DNA from: Roseibacillus sp.
Lineage (GTDB): Bacteria > Verrucomicrobiota > Verrucomicrobiia > Verrucomicrobiales > Akkermansiaceae
Reading direction: 5' to 3'
Length of the DNA stretch: 64,000 nucleotides
NCBI GenBank assembly: GCA_051251855.1
Contig: JBPOGI010000002.1
Span: 672,001 to 736,000 of the forward strand
The position numbers and the translations under genes were made by a program. Positions 19,701-28,583 of the stretch are shown here, one piece after another (position 1 is the first letter of the stretch; every line of letters starts with the position of its first letter). Under the pieces are notes generated by a model. That model had not been told where the DNA came from, ran no database searches, and worked only from the letters and a program-made list of their open reading frames with translations.

Positions 19701-20445
19701 TACCCGAATTTACCGTTACAATCAGGGCGCGTCACAGTGGGAACAGCTAGGCGAGGATATCGATGGCGAGGCTGCATACGATGGGTCAGGCGCTTCAGTA
19801 TCCTTAAGTGCAGACGGCTTGACTGCAGCCATAGGTGCGCCAGATAGCAGTAGAAATTTTAGCTTTTCCGGCCACACCCGTATTTACCGTTTTCAGCCGA
19901 CTCAAACGAATTACTACTTGGCAGAGAACACGACCGTTATCACTGATGTCCAGGCGAGGGATGATGTGGATTCGGAAAGTTCAGGACTCTCCTACAGCCT
20001 CACTGGAATAGATGCGGACCTTTTTAGCATCGACGAGATCACTGGCGAGTTAGCCTTTGTTACGGTTCCCGACTTTGAAATGCCAACTGATGATGGCGCG
20101 GATAATATTTATGATTTGAATATCACCGTGACTGATTCGGAAGGATTATTTGAGACCCAAGCGATAGCGATCACAGTAACGGAAGAGGTGACCCTCGAAA
20201 TCCTCAGTGCTCTCTATCTGGAGGAGCAAAGTGAAACCTTACTCGAATACCTGACTACGCCTGGAGCCATTTACGCGATAGAGTATTCCGAAGACCTCCA
20301 GAACTGGTTCAGAATTAGCCCGAGCTTCCGAGCGAATGCGAACATGACTCAATGGACCGACAACGGTCCACCCCAAACAAGTAGCCGACCTACCGGAGCT
20401 GGACGCTTCTACCGTTATCTTTTCCTTCAGCCCGCCGAAGAATAG
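16753..20445 (+). CDS. Secreted adhesin-like protein: two 7-repeat FG-GAP/integrin-like beta-propellers, each followed by a cadherin-like domain
   Basis: Signal peptide; 14 copies of a ~58-aa unit WEQLGEDIDGEA..SVSLSADG..AIGA..NDGNG..SGHTRIYRYN; two AENTT...DFEMPTDDGADNxYDL.I.VTD cadherin-like domains. Confidence 0.88.
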   Translation: MHGSLRIFFWLSAVFSVSPIHAQSSNQAPELVFTGGTLVERWARLGKDIDGEAVDDSSGRSVSLSADGLTAAIGAGGNDGNGSDSGHTRVYRYNERTTQWEQLGEDIDGEAENDRSGDSVSLSANGLIAAIGAPRNDGNGSDSGHTRVYRYNEGTTEWEQLGEDIDGEAANDTGSAVSLSADGLIAAIGAPRNDGNGTYSGHTRVYRYNEGMLQWEQLGEDIDGEAESDFSSWSVSLSADGFTVAIGAPLNDGNGSGSGHTRIYRYNEGATQWEQLGEDIDGEAQGGFSGHSVSLSANGLIAAIGAPHYSNSDNGSRFGHTRVYRYNEGMLQWEQLGEDIDGEAAHNRSGWSVSLSAGGLTIAIGAVDNDGNGSGSGHTRIYRYNEGMTQWEQLGEDIDGEAVGDFSGGSVSLSADGLTAAIGAELNDGNGSNSGHTRLYRYNPNQVIYSIAENTTAITNVMTMDDADSEGSGLTYGLAGIDAELFSCDETTGELAFITAPDFEMPTDDGADNVYDLNIIVTDSGTLFDSESIAITVTDVNESLSLTGAVDLNLGQNGMGAVNLILSDQETLNGLTIFAESSNQNLLLDSSLFFTGAGSLRTLTVIPVAGQVGTTTVTITLSSDAYSITETFIVTVANQAPELVFTDGTLTGLWEQLGEDIIGEGGLNYSGSSVSLSADGFTAAIGAPLNDGNGTYSGHTRIYRYNEGTTEWEQLGEDIDGEAALDQSGGSVSLSADGLIIAIGATRNDGNGTYSGHTRIYRYNQGTMQWQQLGEDIDGEAENDYSGRSVSLSANGFTVAIGAGGNDGNGNASGHARIYRYNEGMTQWEQMGEDIDGEAANDLSGWTISLSADGLIIAIGALSNDVNGLSSGHTRIYRYNEGTTQWEQLGEDIDGEEAYDRLGSSVSLSADGLTAAIIAKGADGNRAYSGHTRIYRYNGVTAQWKQLGEDIDGDGLEDSSVSLSADGLTIAIGAGNSGSGFGFTRIYRYNQGASQWEQLGEDIDGEAAYDGSGASVSLSADGLTAAIGAPDSSRNFSFSGHTRIYRFQPTQTNYYLAENTTVITDVQARDDVDSESSGLSYSLTGIDADLFSIDEITGELAFVTVPDFEMPTDDGADNIYDLNITVTDSEGLFETQAIAITVTEEVTLEILSALYLEEQSETLLEYLTTPGAIYAIEYSEDLQNWFRISPSFRANANMTQWTDNGPPQTSSRPTGAGRFYRYLFLQPAEE

Positions 20446-20533
20446 CTTTCGCGCACCACTTTGACATCGCACTGGATTACCAAATTGACGTCGGGTGATT
20501 TGGGGTGATTTACCACGCTGTTGTCGTTTTTTA

Positions 20534-20632
20534 TTACCAATGGGATCGTAATTTTTGGGGAGCACAACATTTGGTCACCTGACGCTCGGGGGCGGCGAAG
20601 AGGTCGAGTTCGGATTGCTGGTCGGAGGCCAT
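20534..20632 (-). pseudogene. Truncated duplicate of the addB N-terminus
   Basis: Encodes MASDQQSELDLFAAPERQVT, identical to AddB residues 1-20, then 12 unrelated codons and TAA. Confidence 0.8.
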
Positions 20633-20685
20633 GAGCCCATTGAAGCGAGTTCAATGGGCGGGGGGAACGGTGAAGTGAGGGTTCT
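20573..20685. repeat. Direct repeat copy 2 (addB 5' end and upstream region)
   Basis: Near-identical to 16454-16566 over the coding part, more diverged upstream. Confidence 0.9.
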
Positions 20686-20747
20686 CAGGGAAAGTTAGCC
20701 TGGGTGTTAGCTTGCCTATGCCTTGATGACGGACCGGTGGGGAGGAC

Positions 20748-21776
20748 TCAAGTTCCGCGCTCTGTTTGGGGCGAACATTGTCCCTTGAGGACTTCCGAGG
20801 TGCCGTCGGGGCTCTTTTGGAAGGCGTGAAGAATCTGACTCTCGCGATCGACATGGCGGACGACGAATTTCTCGGGGGTGACTTCGAGGTGGGTGAAGCC
20901 GAGGACTCCTTCAACAAAGGGACCGCGTTCTGGTTCTTCATCCGGCATGCGAATGGGGGCTCCGCCGCCGCCGGAAATGACGAAGGAGGTGGGGTGGTCT
21001 TCGAACTCGAGGTGTTGCAGGTCGTGCTCGTGGCCGCAGAAGTAGAAGTGAACTTTGTGTTTGCGGAAGAGCTCGTCCCACTCGGCGATTTGTTCAGGGA
21101 AGTCGCCGTAGTGACCACAGCTGTGAAGAGGGTGGTGGCCATTGACCACGAGCCAAGGGGCTTTTCTTGGCTTTGAGAGTTCAGTTTTGAGCCAAGCGAG
21201 TTGCTCTTTGCGTTCTTCGGGAGTGAGTTGGTCTCTTCTGTTAGAAAAATTGGAGTCGAGGCAGAGAACGGTCATGAGTGGCTTTTCCTTGGGGCCAAGG
21301 TCGAGACGATACCACTTGTTAGGCATGCTCCAGCGGGTGTTTGGTTTGTGTTTAGAGTATCCGATTTGGGCCTCGATTTTGACCTGCTTGGGCTGGTCGT
21401 CGTATTCGTGGTTTCCGAGGATGGCGTAGCATTTTCCTGGGAAAACTTTAGGAGGGTAGACTGCTGAGAATTGGGTTTTGAAGCGGGTGCATTTGACGCC
21501 GCCATTCATCTTTCCATAGAAGTTGTCGCCCATGAGGAACATGGCGTCGGGCTTGATTTTTCGGGAAGAGAGGTAGTTGGTCATCCCTGTTGCGACCTCT
21601 TTCTGGCGCTTCATATCGCCGGGCTTTCCCCAGTCTCCAATCATGGTGAAGTGGCTCGCGCCAGAGGTGAGAGAAGTCGGAGCGGCAAGGAGGGGAGCTT
21701 TCCCCGCAAGGATGGCAGCGCTAAAGCCGAAGGTCTGCTTGAGCACAGTGCGACGAGAGAGAGAGTTGGGGTTCAT
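20748..21776 (-). CDS. Tat-exported metallophosphoesterase (purple acid phosphatase/TRAP-like)
   Basis: SRRTVLK Tat motif from ATG 21776; GDWG, GDNFY, GNHEY, GHHP, GHEH. Confidence 0.88.
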   Translation of the reverse strand: MNPNSLSRRTVLKQTFGFSAAILAGKAPLLAAPTSLTSGASHFTMIGDWGKPGDMKRQKEVATGMTNYLSSRKIKPDAMFLMGDNFYGKMNGGVKCTRFKTQFSAVYPPKVFPGKCYAILGNHEYDDQPKQVKIEAQIGYSKHKPNTRWSMPNKWYRLDLGPKEKPLMTVLCLDSNFSNRRDQLTPEERKEQLAWLKTELSKPRKAPWLVVNGHHPLHSCGHYGDFPEQIAEWDELFRKHKVHFYFCGHEHDLQHLEFEDHPTSFVISGGGGAPIRMPDEEPERGPFVEGVLGFTHLEVTPEKFVVRHVDRESQILHAFQKSPDGTSEVLKGQCSPQTERGT

Positions 21777-21968
21777 GAGATTATTATTACCTAGCAGTAG
21801 AATGAACTCTATCTCAAAAAGGAGTGTTGAGAGTCTCCCTTTCAGTAGATGCCTGTGCGCGTTGTTTGGGCTGCGTGATTGCATTGGCTCTCTGAGATGT
21901 TGTAAAAGATGGTTATGAACTGCCCGTTTTTCTCTCGTTTTTTCGTTTTTTTCAGAGCTTCCTTTTTA

Positions 21969-22379
21969 ATGAGATTGTTCTTCCTTCCGGGTGTTTGTTT
22001 CTACCTGTTCTCTTGTGCTCCTCAATCTGGGGAGGTGGCGATGGAGAGTCCTTTTGATGGTGATTTTATCGCCGATGTTCGTTCTCCGCATACCGAGGAG
22101 GAATTGAGCGAACTGCTGATAACTCTGCCCGTGTGGGATATTCCTGCTGAGCGGATTCTCCCTTGGATCAGTGAGCTGGGAACAGTCTCTGATGATACTC
22201 TTTTGGTCGGTGGTGACGGAAGCCAGGACGCCCTCCGACTTCGTAAGCTTGATGACCCTGACCACTACGAGCTTCGAATAGGCACGGAGGATTGGCCTGA
22301 AGGCGGTCTCTCTTATTACACTCTTAAGCGAGTCTCCAATACTTGGCCCAAAGGCTGGCAGGTGCTTTCCCGCCGATGA
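21969..22379 (+). CDS. Hypothetical lipoprotein
   Basis: MRLFFLPGVCFYLFS-C lipobox-like signal; fills the intergenic gap. Confidence 0.6.
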   Translation: MRLFFLPGVCFYLFSCAPQSGEVAMESPFDGDFIADVRSPHTEEELSELLITLPVWDIPAERILPWISELGTVSDDTLLVGGDGSQDALRLRKLDDPDHYELRIGTEDWPEGGLSYYTLKRVSNTWPKGWQVLSRR

Positions 22380-22505
22380 GGAAGTTGGCTCGGCCTTTCC
22401 TAAACCTGCATTGCTTGCAGGCCCCTCGGATCGCGCTCTACGGGGTGCCTAGGCCTTGAGGAAATTGATTCTGGTCATTGCTCCAGTTTTACAGAGTAGA
22501 TGGAG

Positions 22506-23162
22506 TTATTGGACAATCTCGGCCTTCGAACCAACTTTGACTTTACTAAAGACGATAGGGAGGATGTCGGTTTGGCCTCGGATGCAGGCATGGGAGGCCG
22601 GGTAGCGGGGGACGTTACCGACATGGTGTCCGATGCCGGTCCAAGTGAAGCGCATCCAATAAGGCATGGAGGCCCCGAGGAATTTTCCTCCGGGTGGAAT
22701 TTTCGCGGTGCGTGAGTCGGCGTCGGAATTGATGACGTTTCCAGAGGCATCGAGAACTTTGCCATAGAGGTTTGAGCGCTTGTCTTTGATTTTTTCGAGA
22801 ATGGAGTAGGTTCCTGCGGGCGTCGGGTGGGTGGTCTTTCCGGTTGAGACGGGGTAGTCGATAGCGACTTCGTCACCATTCATGAGGAAGGCTCGTTGCA
22901 GGGAGAGAGAGATGACAATGCGGGAATTTGAGGAGTCGGTGCGAGCGAGGACTTCGTGATTGAAATAGGAAGTAGAACGTTCGGGATAGTTTTCCGCCTT
23001 AAAGTGCTCGTAGCTCCCTTCGGGGTGGGGATTCACCCAGACGGACTCTGTTGGTTCTTGGGCTTGTTGAGGGACGGGTGAACAACTGGCAAAGATGAAC
23101 AGGGCGGAGAGGCCAGTGAAAGTGTGAGTGAGAGTTTTTCGGAAGTTCTTGAGAATATTCAT
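22506..23162 (-). CDS. L,D-transpeptidase (YkuD family) lipoprotein
   Basis: Lipobox FAS-C; YPVSTGK, TPAGTY, MPYWMR, GHHVG..PASHACIR. Confidence 0.9.
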   Translation of the reverse strand: MNILKNFRKTLTHTFTGLSALFIFASCSPVPQQAQEPTESVWVNPHPEGSYEHFKAENYPERSTSYFNHEVLARTDSSNSRIVISLSLQRAFLMNGDEVAIDYPVSTGKTTHPTPAGTYSILEKIKDKRSNLYGKVLDASGNVINSDADSRTAKIPPGGKFLGASMPYWMRFTWTGIGHHVGNVPRYPASHACIRGQTDILPIVFSKVKVGSKAEIVQ

Positions 23163-23308
23163 GAGGAAAACAGGTCGGTTGGATTCAGGCTCACTGTGAA
23201 GAGGTTAGGCTGGCACACGATATTCCCGTCTTTCTGAAAAAAATGAGACAGGGAGGGGGGAGAGGTTGGGAGTTGAGTGAGTGAACTCAGGTTGAGGGCT
23301 GAGATTCG

Positions 23309-23872
23309 TTAGGCTTGGAGCACCGAGAGGGGTTGGTGGGCGAGGTCGAGTTCTTCGATGAGGTGAAGAAGGATGAGGAGGGAGGCGGCGGCGTCGAAGA
23401 GGGCGTCGTGCCAGTCGCGGTTGGGGACGAGGGTTTGGAGGGCGGGGGTGAGTCCGAGGTCGTCAGAGATGCGGCCGAGTTTGTGGGATTCGGCTTGGGG
23501 GTAGACTTTGCGGGTGAGCTTGAGGGTGTCGAGCCAGGGGCCGAAGGGGTGGCCGGGGAGGGAGTTGAGAAAGCGTTTTTCGGTGCCGTGAGCGTGGGCG
23601 ACGAGGGGGCGATTGCCGAGATGGGTTTGCAGGGTGGGGTAAAGTTGCAGGAGGGTGGGGGCGCCGAGAAGTTGCTCGTCGGTGATGCCGTGGACGCGTT
23701 GGGCGCCTCGGGTGACGGGGCGGTCGATGGCGAGGAAGCTGTCGTAGAGGACGGGTTTTTCGCCGAGGCGGGCGCAGGCGATGCCGATCTGAATGGGGAC
23801 GTCGGGTTTGCCTGGGACGGCTCCGGCGGCCTCGAAGTCGAGGGCGGCAAAGGTGGTCTCGGCGATGGTCAT
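23309..23872 (-). CDS. DEDDh 3'-5' exonuclease (DnaQ-like)
   Basis: AALDFE, VHGIT, WLDTL, HDALFDA; likely ATG at 23872. Confidence 0.88.
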   Translation of the reverse strand: MTIAETTFAALDFEAAGAVPGKPDVPIQIGIACARLGEKPVLYDSFLAIDRPVTRGAQRVHGITDEQLLGAPTLLQLYPTLQTHLGNRPLVAHAHGTEKRFLNSLPGHPFGPWLDTLKLTRKVYPQAESHKLGRISDDLGLTPALQTLVPNRDWHDALFDAAASLLILLHLIEELDLAHQPLSVLQA

Positions 23873-23997
23873 GGATTGAGAAGGAGGCAGTTTTTGGACA
23901 GGAGCAACAGGATTTTGTAGGATTATTTGATGGGACAGAATGAAACAAAATTTCTTTTGAGTGGGTTTTTGGTCAATGTGTTTGGAAATTTTGAAGG

Positions 23998-25869
23998 ATG
24001 AGGACATTTCCTTGGGTAGAAATGGAGATGTTGAAGCGAAAAGAATTTTTAGGCTGTTTGTTGCTGGGGTGGTCTCAGTTGAGTGGGGAGCAGATTTTGG
24101 TGGAGGCAGAGTCGTTTGATTCTCGAGGGGACTGGAAGTTGGATACGCAGTTTATTGAGCTGATGGGGTCGCCTTATCTTTTGGCGCATGGGATGGGGAC
24201 TCCGGTGGGGGGAGCTGAGACTCAGTTTACGGTGAAAGAGGGCGGGGAGTATCAGGTGTGGGTGAGGACGATTGATTGGTCCGAGCATCTGGGCCGTGCG
24301 GGTGGGGCGGGGAGATTCAGCTTGCAGGTTGATGGGAAGGAACTCGGCGGCGAGTTGGGTGCGGGGGAGTCGGATTGGTCTTGGGAGGCTGTTGGCTCGG
24401 CGACGCTGGAGGCGGGTGAACGCAAGATGAGTGTGAAGGATTTGTCGGGTTTCAATGGGCGCTTTGATGCGGTGTTTTTGAGCAATGAAGAGGGTGTTGT
24501 TCCTGAGGATGACTCGGCGATTTTGCCAGAGTGGAGGCGGGAATTGTTAGGGTTGTCGGAGACGCCCATTGAAGAGGATGGCTATGACCTTGTGGTTGTG
24601 GGTGGGGGCTATGGGGGGATGGGAACGGCGATTTCGGCGGCGCGTAATGGTTGCAAGGTGGCGCTGATTGAAAGCCGAGCGGTGCTGGGTGGAAATGGTT
24701 CTTCTGAGGTGCGGGTGTGGGCGATGGGGGAGCTTCCTCCATCGGAGTATCCTTTGGCGGATATCATTAGGGAGTTCATGGATGAGGCTGAGGCTTCGCC
24801 GGCTCCAGCGAGTCAATTTGGCGATGCGAAGAAGGAGGCTTTGGTTAAGAAAGAGGGGAACATTTCGCTGTTTCTCAATCAGCATGCGTTCGAGGTTGAG
24901 ATGGAGGGAGAGAAGATTGTGGCAGTTCATGGTCTTGATACACGGAGTAGTGAGGTGCGCCGTTTTAGTGCGCCTCTTTTTGCGGATTGCACGGGCCATG
25001 GTTGGATTGCGGTGAAGGCGGGGGCGGATACGCATATGGAAGAGAAAGGCCGTATGGGGATGAGCAATATGTGGATGTGGGGAAATGCGGAGAAGGAGGT
25101 TTCATATCCGCAGGCGGATTGGATGTTGGAACTCACTGAGAAGGACTTTCCTTTCCCGGTTCGCTTTCATGGGCAGTGGTTCTGGGAGGGTGGTTTTGAC
25201 AAGCATCCAATCGATGATTTGGAGGAGATTCGTGATTGGAATTTGTTGGCTGTTTATAGTTCGTGGAATGCAATGAAGAACAAGGGTGCGTATGCAAAGA
25301 GAGACCCCTCGAAGGCTGGCTTTGCGAAGGCACAGTTAACTTGGTTAGCTCATATCGGTGGCACGCGCGAGACGCAGCAGGTTTTGGGTGATGTGGTTTT
25401 GAATGAGGCCGATATTTTGGAGAAGAGGGAGTTTCCAGATGCGTGCGTGTTGACGACTTGGTCTATCGACTTGCACTACCCGCAGGAGAAGTATCTTCAG
25501 GCGGCCCCGGATCGGCCTTTTATCTCAAAGGCGGTTCATAATAAGGCGATTGACCGTAAGATTGGATATCCTATTCCTTACCGCTGTTTTTACTCGCGGA
25601 ATGTTCCCAATCTATTCACGGCGGGGCGCAATGTGAGTGTGACGCGGGAGGCGCTGGGGACGATTCGGGTGATGAAGACGATTGGGATGATGGGCGTGGT
25701 CGTGGGCAAGGCTGCTGCGATTTGTCGGGTGAAGGATACCGACCCGCGTGGGGTTTATGAGGAGTATCTGCCGGAACTGAAGTTCATGATGAGGCAGCCG
25801 GGGGAGACGCGGTATGAGGATTTGGATAAGCTGAAAGTGGCGCTAGAGGCGGCGGACAAGAAGAGTTGA
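23998..25869 (+). CDS. Exported FAD-dependent oxidoreductase (FAD_oxidored/PF12831-like)
   Basis: Signal-like N-terminus; DLVVVGGGYGG, LGGNGSSEVRV, DCTG, YPIPYRCFYS. True start may be a few codons downstream. Confidence 0.88.
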   Translation: MRTFPWVEMEMLKRKEFLGCLLLGWSQLSGEQILVEAESFDSRGDWKLDTQFIELMGSPYLLAHGMGTPVGGAETQFTVKEGGEYQVWVRTIDWSEHLGRAGGAGRFSLQVDGKELGGELGAGESDWSWEAVGSATLEAGERKMSVKDLSGFNGRFDAVFLSNEEGVVPEDDSAILPEWRRELLGLSETPIEEDGYDLVVVGGGYGGMGTAISAARNGCKVALIESRAVLGGNGSSEVRVWAMGELPPSEYPLADIIREFMDEAEASPAPASQFGDAKKEALVKKEGNISLFLNQHAFEVEMEGEKIVAVHGLDTRSSEVRRFSAPLFADCTGHGWIAVKAGADTHMEEKGRMGMSNMWMWGNAEKEVSYPQADWMLELTEKDFPFPVRFHGQWFWEGGFDKHPIDDLEEIRDWNLLAVYSSWNAMKNKGAYAKRDPSKAGFAKAQLTWLAHIGGTRETQQVLGDVVLNEADILEKREFPDACVLTTWSIDLHYPQEKYLQAAPDRPFISKAVHNKAIDRKIGYPIPYRCFYSRNVPNLFTAGRNVSVTREALGTIRVMKTIGMMGVVVGKAAAICRVKDTDPRGVYEEYLPELKFMMRQPGETRYEDLDKLKVALEAADKKS

Positions 25870-25991
25870 GCTCACGTGGCTGGATTTTTTTGCCGCAAAG
25901 ATGCTCAAAATCCGCAAAAAAAAGAACGGTCTTGCGTCTGCTCTGTTTTCTTTCTGCTCGTAGCTTGGGGTTGGCTGATTAATTCTTAACT

Positions 25992-27656
25992 ATGGCTCAA
26001 CGCTCTTTGCGACGAATCCAAGTGGGCGCTTATCGTCTGTTGGTTTTGGGTGCGTTGGTGGCGGCTTTGGTTTTTGGGTCGCGTGCTCGAATAGAGAGTG
26101 GGTGGAGTGCGGAGCTGGTTTTGTCTGAAGCGCGCGAGGTGATGTCGGAGGTGCATTCGGTGGGGCCCTTTGAAGAAGAGTCGGCGGAATTACTGGATGA
26201 GAAGGGTGAGCTGGTGGGGCATGTGGCGATGACGAGTCCGGCCTCGGATGCGGCGGTGGGTTACGCGGGGCCGACGAATGTGTTGGTGGTGTTCGATGCG
26301 GGTTGGAAGGTGAAGGGAATGCGGGTGTTGTCGTCGGCGGATACCTGGAGTCACTTGCGCAAGGTGGAGCAGGATGAGTCTTTTTGGGCACAATGGGTGG
26401 GGCGAGCAGAGAGTGAGTTGCCGGCTGAGATTTCGGTGGTGAGCGGGGCGACGCTGACGAGTGAGGCGATTGGGGATGGGCTGAGGGCGCGTTTTTCGGG
26501 GGAGCAGGTGGAGGGACCTTTCATGAAGGAGCCTTCGCTGGAGGTTGTGCGGGAGGTCTTTGAAGGGGCGGAAGCGGTGAACTCGGTGGCGGGGAAAGAG
26601 GGGGTGTTTCGTGTTGTAGGTCCAAGGGGGAGTGGGATGGGATTTCTTTTGCGGAGTGGGAATCAAGGAGGGCAGCCTCGTGGGTTCAATGGAGCGAGTG
26701 ATGTGTGGGTGTTTCTGGATGAGCAAGAGGAGACGGTGGTGAAGGTGTTGTTGGTGGGGAGTCGGGACAATGAGCCTTACCTCAGCGATGTGAGGGAGGA
26801 GTTGAAGTGGGCGGATGTTTTCGAGGAGAAGCGGGTTTCCGAGCTGCTTGGGGATGAGACGGCGAGCGATCAGGTTTTGGTTGTGAGCGGGGCGACGGTG
26901 ACGAGTCGGGCGTTGGTGGAAACGGTGAGGACGCTGTTGAGAGATTATAGGGAGCCGGAGATTGTTGAGCGCTGGTGGGAGACGCGGGATAGTGTGTTGG
27001 TGGGCTGGGTTTTGCTCGCGATTGGGATGGGTTATTCGCGTTGGAAGGGTGCGAAGAAGTTGCGTTGGGCGACTGATCTTGCGGCGATTTTGGTGGGTGG
27101 AATTTGGTTGGGTGTGATGGTGGGGATGGGGAGCTTGGTGGGCTGGAGTCGGGGTGAGTTGCCTTGGTCGAATTTTCCGGGATTGGTTTTGTTGGCGGCG
27201 GTGGCGTTGATGATTCCGGTGGCGACGGGGAAGAATACTTATTGTGCGAAGCTGTGTGCGCATGGGGCGGCGCAGGGGATTCTCTTTCGATTGACTAAGT
27301 GGCGGTGGGTTCCGAGTTCTCGGTGGCACAAGCGGTTGAAGATGGTTCCAGTGGTGACCTTGATAGCGGTTTTCCTGCTCGCGGCGGGAGGACTGCGTTT
27401 TGATTTTTCTTCGGTGGAGCCGTTCGATGTTTGGAGTGTGGGAATTTATGCGCTGGTGCCGGTGGTGATTTTTTCGGTGGGGTTGGTGGCGTCGTTGTTT
27501 ATTCCGAAGGCTTATTGTAAATACGGTTGTCCCACGGGGTATTTGCTCGATCACTTGGCGGCGAGTCGGAGTCGGTTGAATCAACGAGACTGGGTGGCGG
27601 GAGGGTTGGCTGTGATTTGTTGGGTCGTCGTTTTGTTCGTGGGGAGGATGGGATGA
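25992..27656 (+). CDS. Membrane protein with two FMN-binding domains and a NosR/NapH-like membrane domain
   Basis: VVSGATLTS and VVSGATVTS flavinylation motifs, VGYAGPT; TM helices with YCAKLCAHG and YCKYGCPTG. Confidence 0.88.
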   Translation: MAQRSLRRIQVGAYRLLVLGALVAALVFGSRARIESGWSAELVLSEAREVMSEVHSVGPFEEESAELLDEKGELVGHVAMTSPASDAAVGYAGPTNVLVVFDAGWKVKGMRVLSSADTWSHLRKVEQDESFWAQWVGRAESELPAEISVVSGATLTSEAIGDGLRARFSGEQVEGPFMKEPSLEVVREVFEGAEAVNSVAGKEGVFRVVGPRGSGMGFLLRSGNQGGQPRGFNGASDVWVFLDEQEETVVKVLLVGSRDNEPYLSDVREELKWADVFEEKRVSELLGDETASDQVLVVSGATVTSRALVETVRTLLRDYREPEIVERWWETRDSVLVGWVLLAIGMGYSRWKGAKKLRWATDLAAILVGGIWLGVMVGMGSLVGWSRGELPWSNFPGLVLLAAVALMIPVATGKNTYCAKLCAHGAAQGILFRLTKWRWVPSSRWHKRLKMVPVVTLIAVFLLAAGGLRFDFSSVEPFDVWSVGIYALVPVVIFSVGLVASLFIPKAYCKYGCPTGYLLDHLAASRSRLNQRDWVAGGLAVICWVVVLFVGRMG

Positions 27657-28420
27657 TGATTCTTGGGAAGTCCTTTGTAGCGGTGTCAGCAGCTCTTTTG
27701 TTTCTTTTGGCGAGTTGTCAGGAGGAATCAGAGTCGCTGGTTTTCTCCGCGACGGCTGGTCAGGCGATGGGCACGACTTGGATGCTGGCGATTCGCTCGG
27801 AGGATGCCGAAGCGTTTCAATTCAACTCTGAAATTGAGGTGCTTTTGAAGGGGCAGGAAGAACGGTTTTCGAATTGGAGTGAGGGTAGTGAAGTCTCACG
27901 GTTAGAACGGGGCGAGGGGGAGGCCTCTTGCGAGATGAGGGAATTGTTAGAGCTTTGCAAGGCGGTCAAAAAAGAGAGTGAAGGCTCCTTTGATATTTCC
28001 TGGAATGGTGGTCTCGATCTGGGCGGCGTGGCGAAAGGCTGGGCCGTTGATCGGGTGGGGGAGTTGCTTCAGGAAAAAGGGGTCGATAACTTTGTGTTCG
28101 AGTTGGGTGGGGAAGTGGTGGCGCGAGGAAATGGTCCAGGAAAAGAGGGCTGGGAAGTGAAGATAGAAGAGCCTGAGCCACTCGGTTCGAAGGTAGTTCG
28201 CACGGTGAGCTTGCGTGATGAGGCTTTAGCGACGAGTGGAAATTATCATCAGCCGGACCATCTCAAGGATGGTCGAACGGGTGAGACGGTGGGGGGTGAG
28301 TTCCGTTCGGTGACGGTGGTGATGCCGACGTGCGCGGAAGCGGATGCTTGGGCGACGGCGTTCTTTGTGCTGGGAGAGGAGCCGGAAGGTTTTGAGGGTG
28401 AGAGTTACTGGAATGAGTAG
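27653..28420 (+). CDS. apbE: FAD:protein FMN transferase (ApbE family), internally shortened lipoprotein
   Basis: ATGA overlap with the upstream gene; lipobox LAS-C; AMGTTW, LDLGGVAKG, ELGGEV, ALATSGNY, ADAWATA. Confidence 0.88.
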   Translation: MMILGKSFVAVSAALLFLLASCQEESESLVFSATAGQAMGTTWMLAIRSEDAEAFQFNSEIEVLLKGQEERFSNWSEGSEVSRLERGEGEASCEMRELLELCKAVKKESEGSFDISWNGGLDLGGVAKGWAVDRVGELLQEKGVDNFVFELGGEVVARGNGPGKEGWEVKIEEPEPLGSKVVRTVSLRDEALATSGNYHQPDHLKDGRTGETVGGEFRSVTVVMPTCAEADAWATAFFVLGEEPEGFEGESYWNE

Positions 28421-28430
28421 GACCGACTGG

Positions 28431-28460
28431 AGGGGCGGCTTTTATTGCTGCCCTCTTTTT
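28431..28460 (+). terminator. Putative intrinsic terminator
   Basis: AGGGGCGGC-TTTTATT-GCTGCCCTC followed by a T-run after apbE. Confidence 0.55.
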
Positions 28461-28583
28461 GATGAGAAGAGGGCTCTGGCTTCACTTTTTTCCCCTAATC
28501 CACGCGCAAGGAAGAAGGCGATCTATTGAGTTTCCTGACCGGAGATACAGGCGGCAATAAAGGCCGCCGCTCCAGTTTAGAGT

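Noticed and set aside
16870..19890. Propeller repeats as a CRISPR array or DGR template/variable pair
   Set aside because: They are in-frame coding repeats, no reverse transcriptase is present, and the differences are not evidently adenine-specific.
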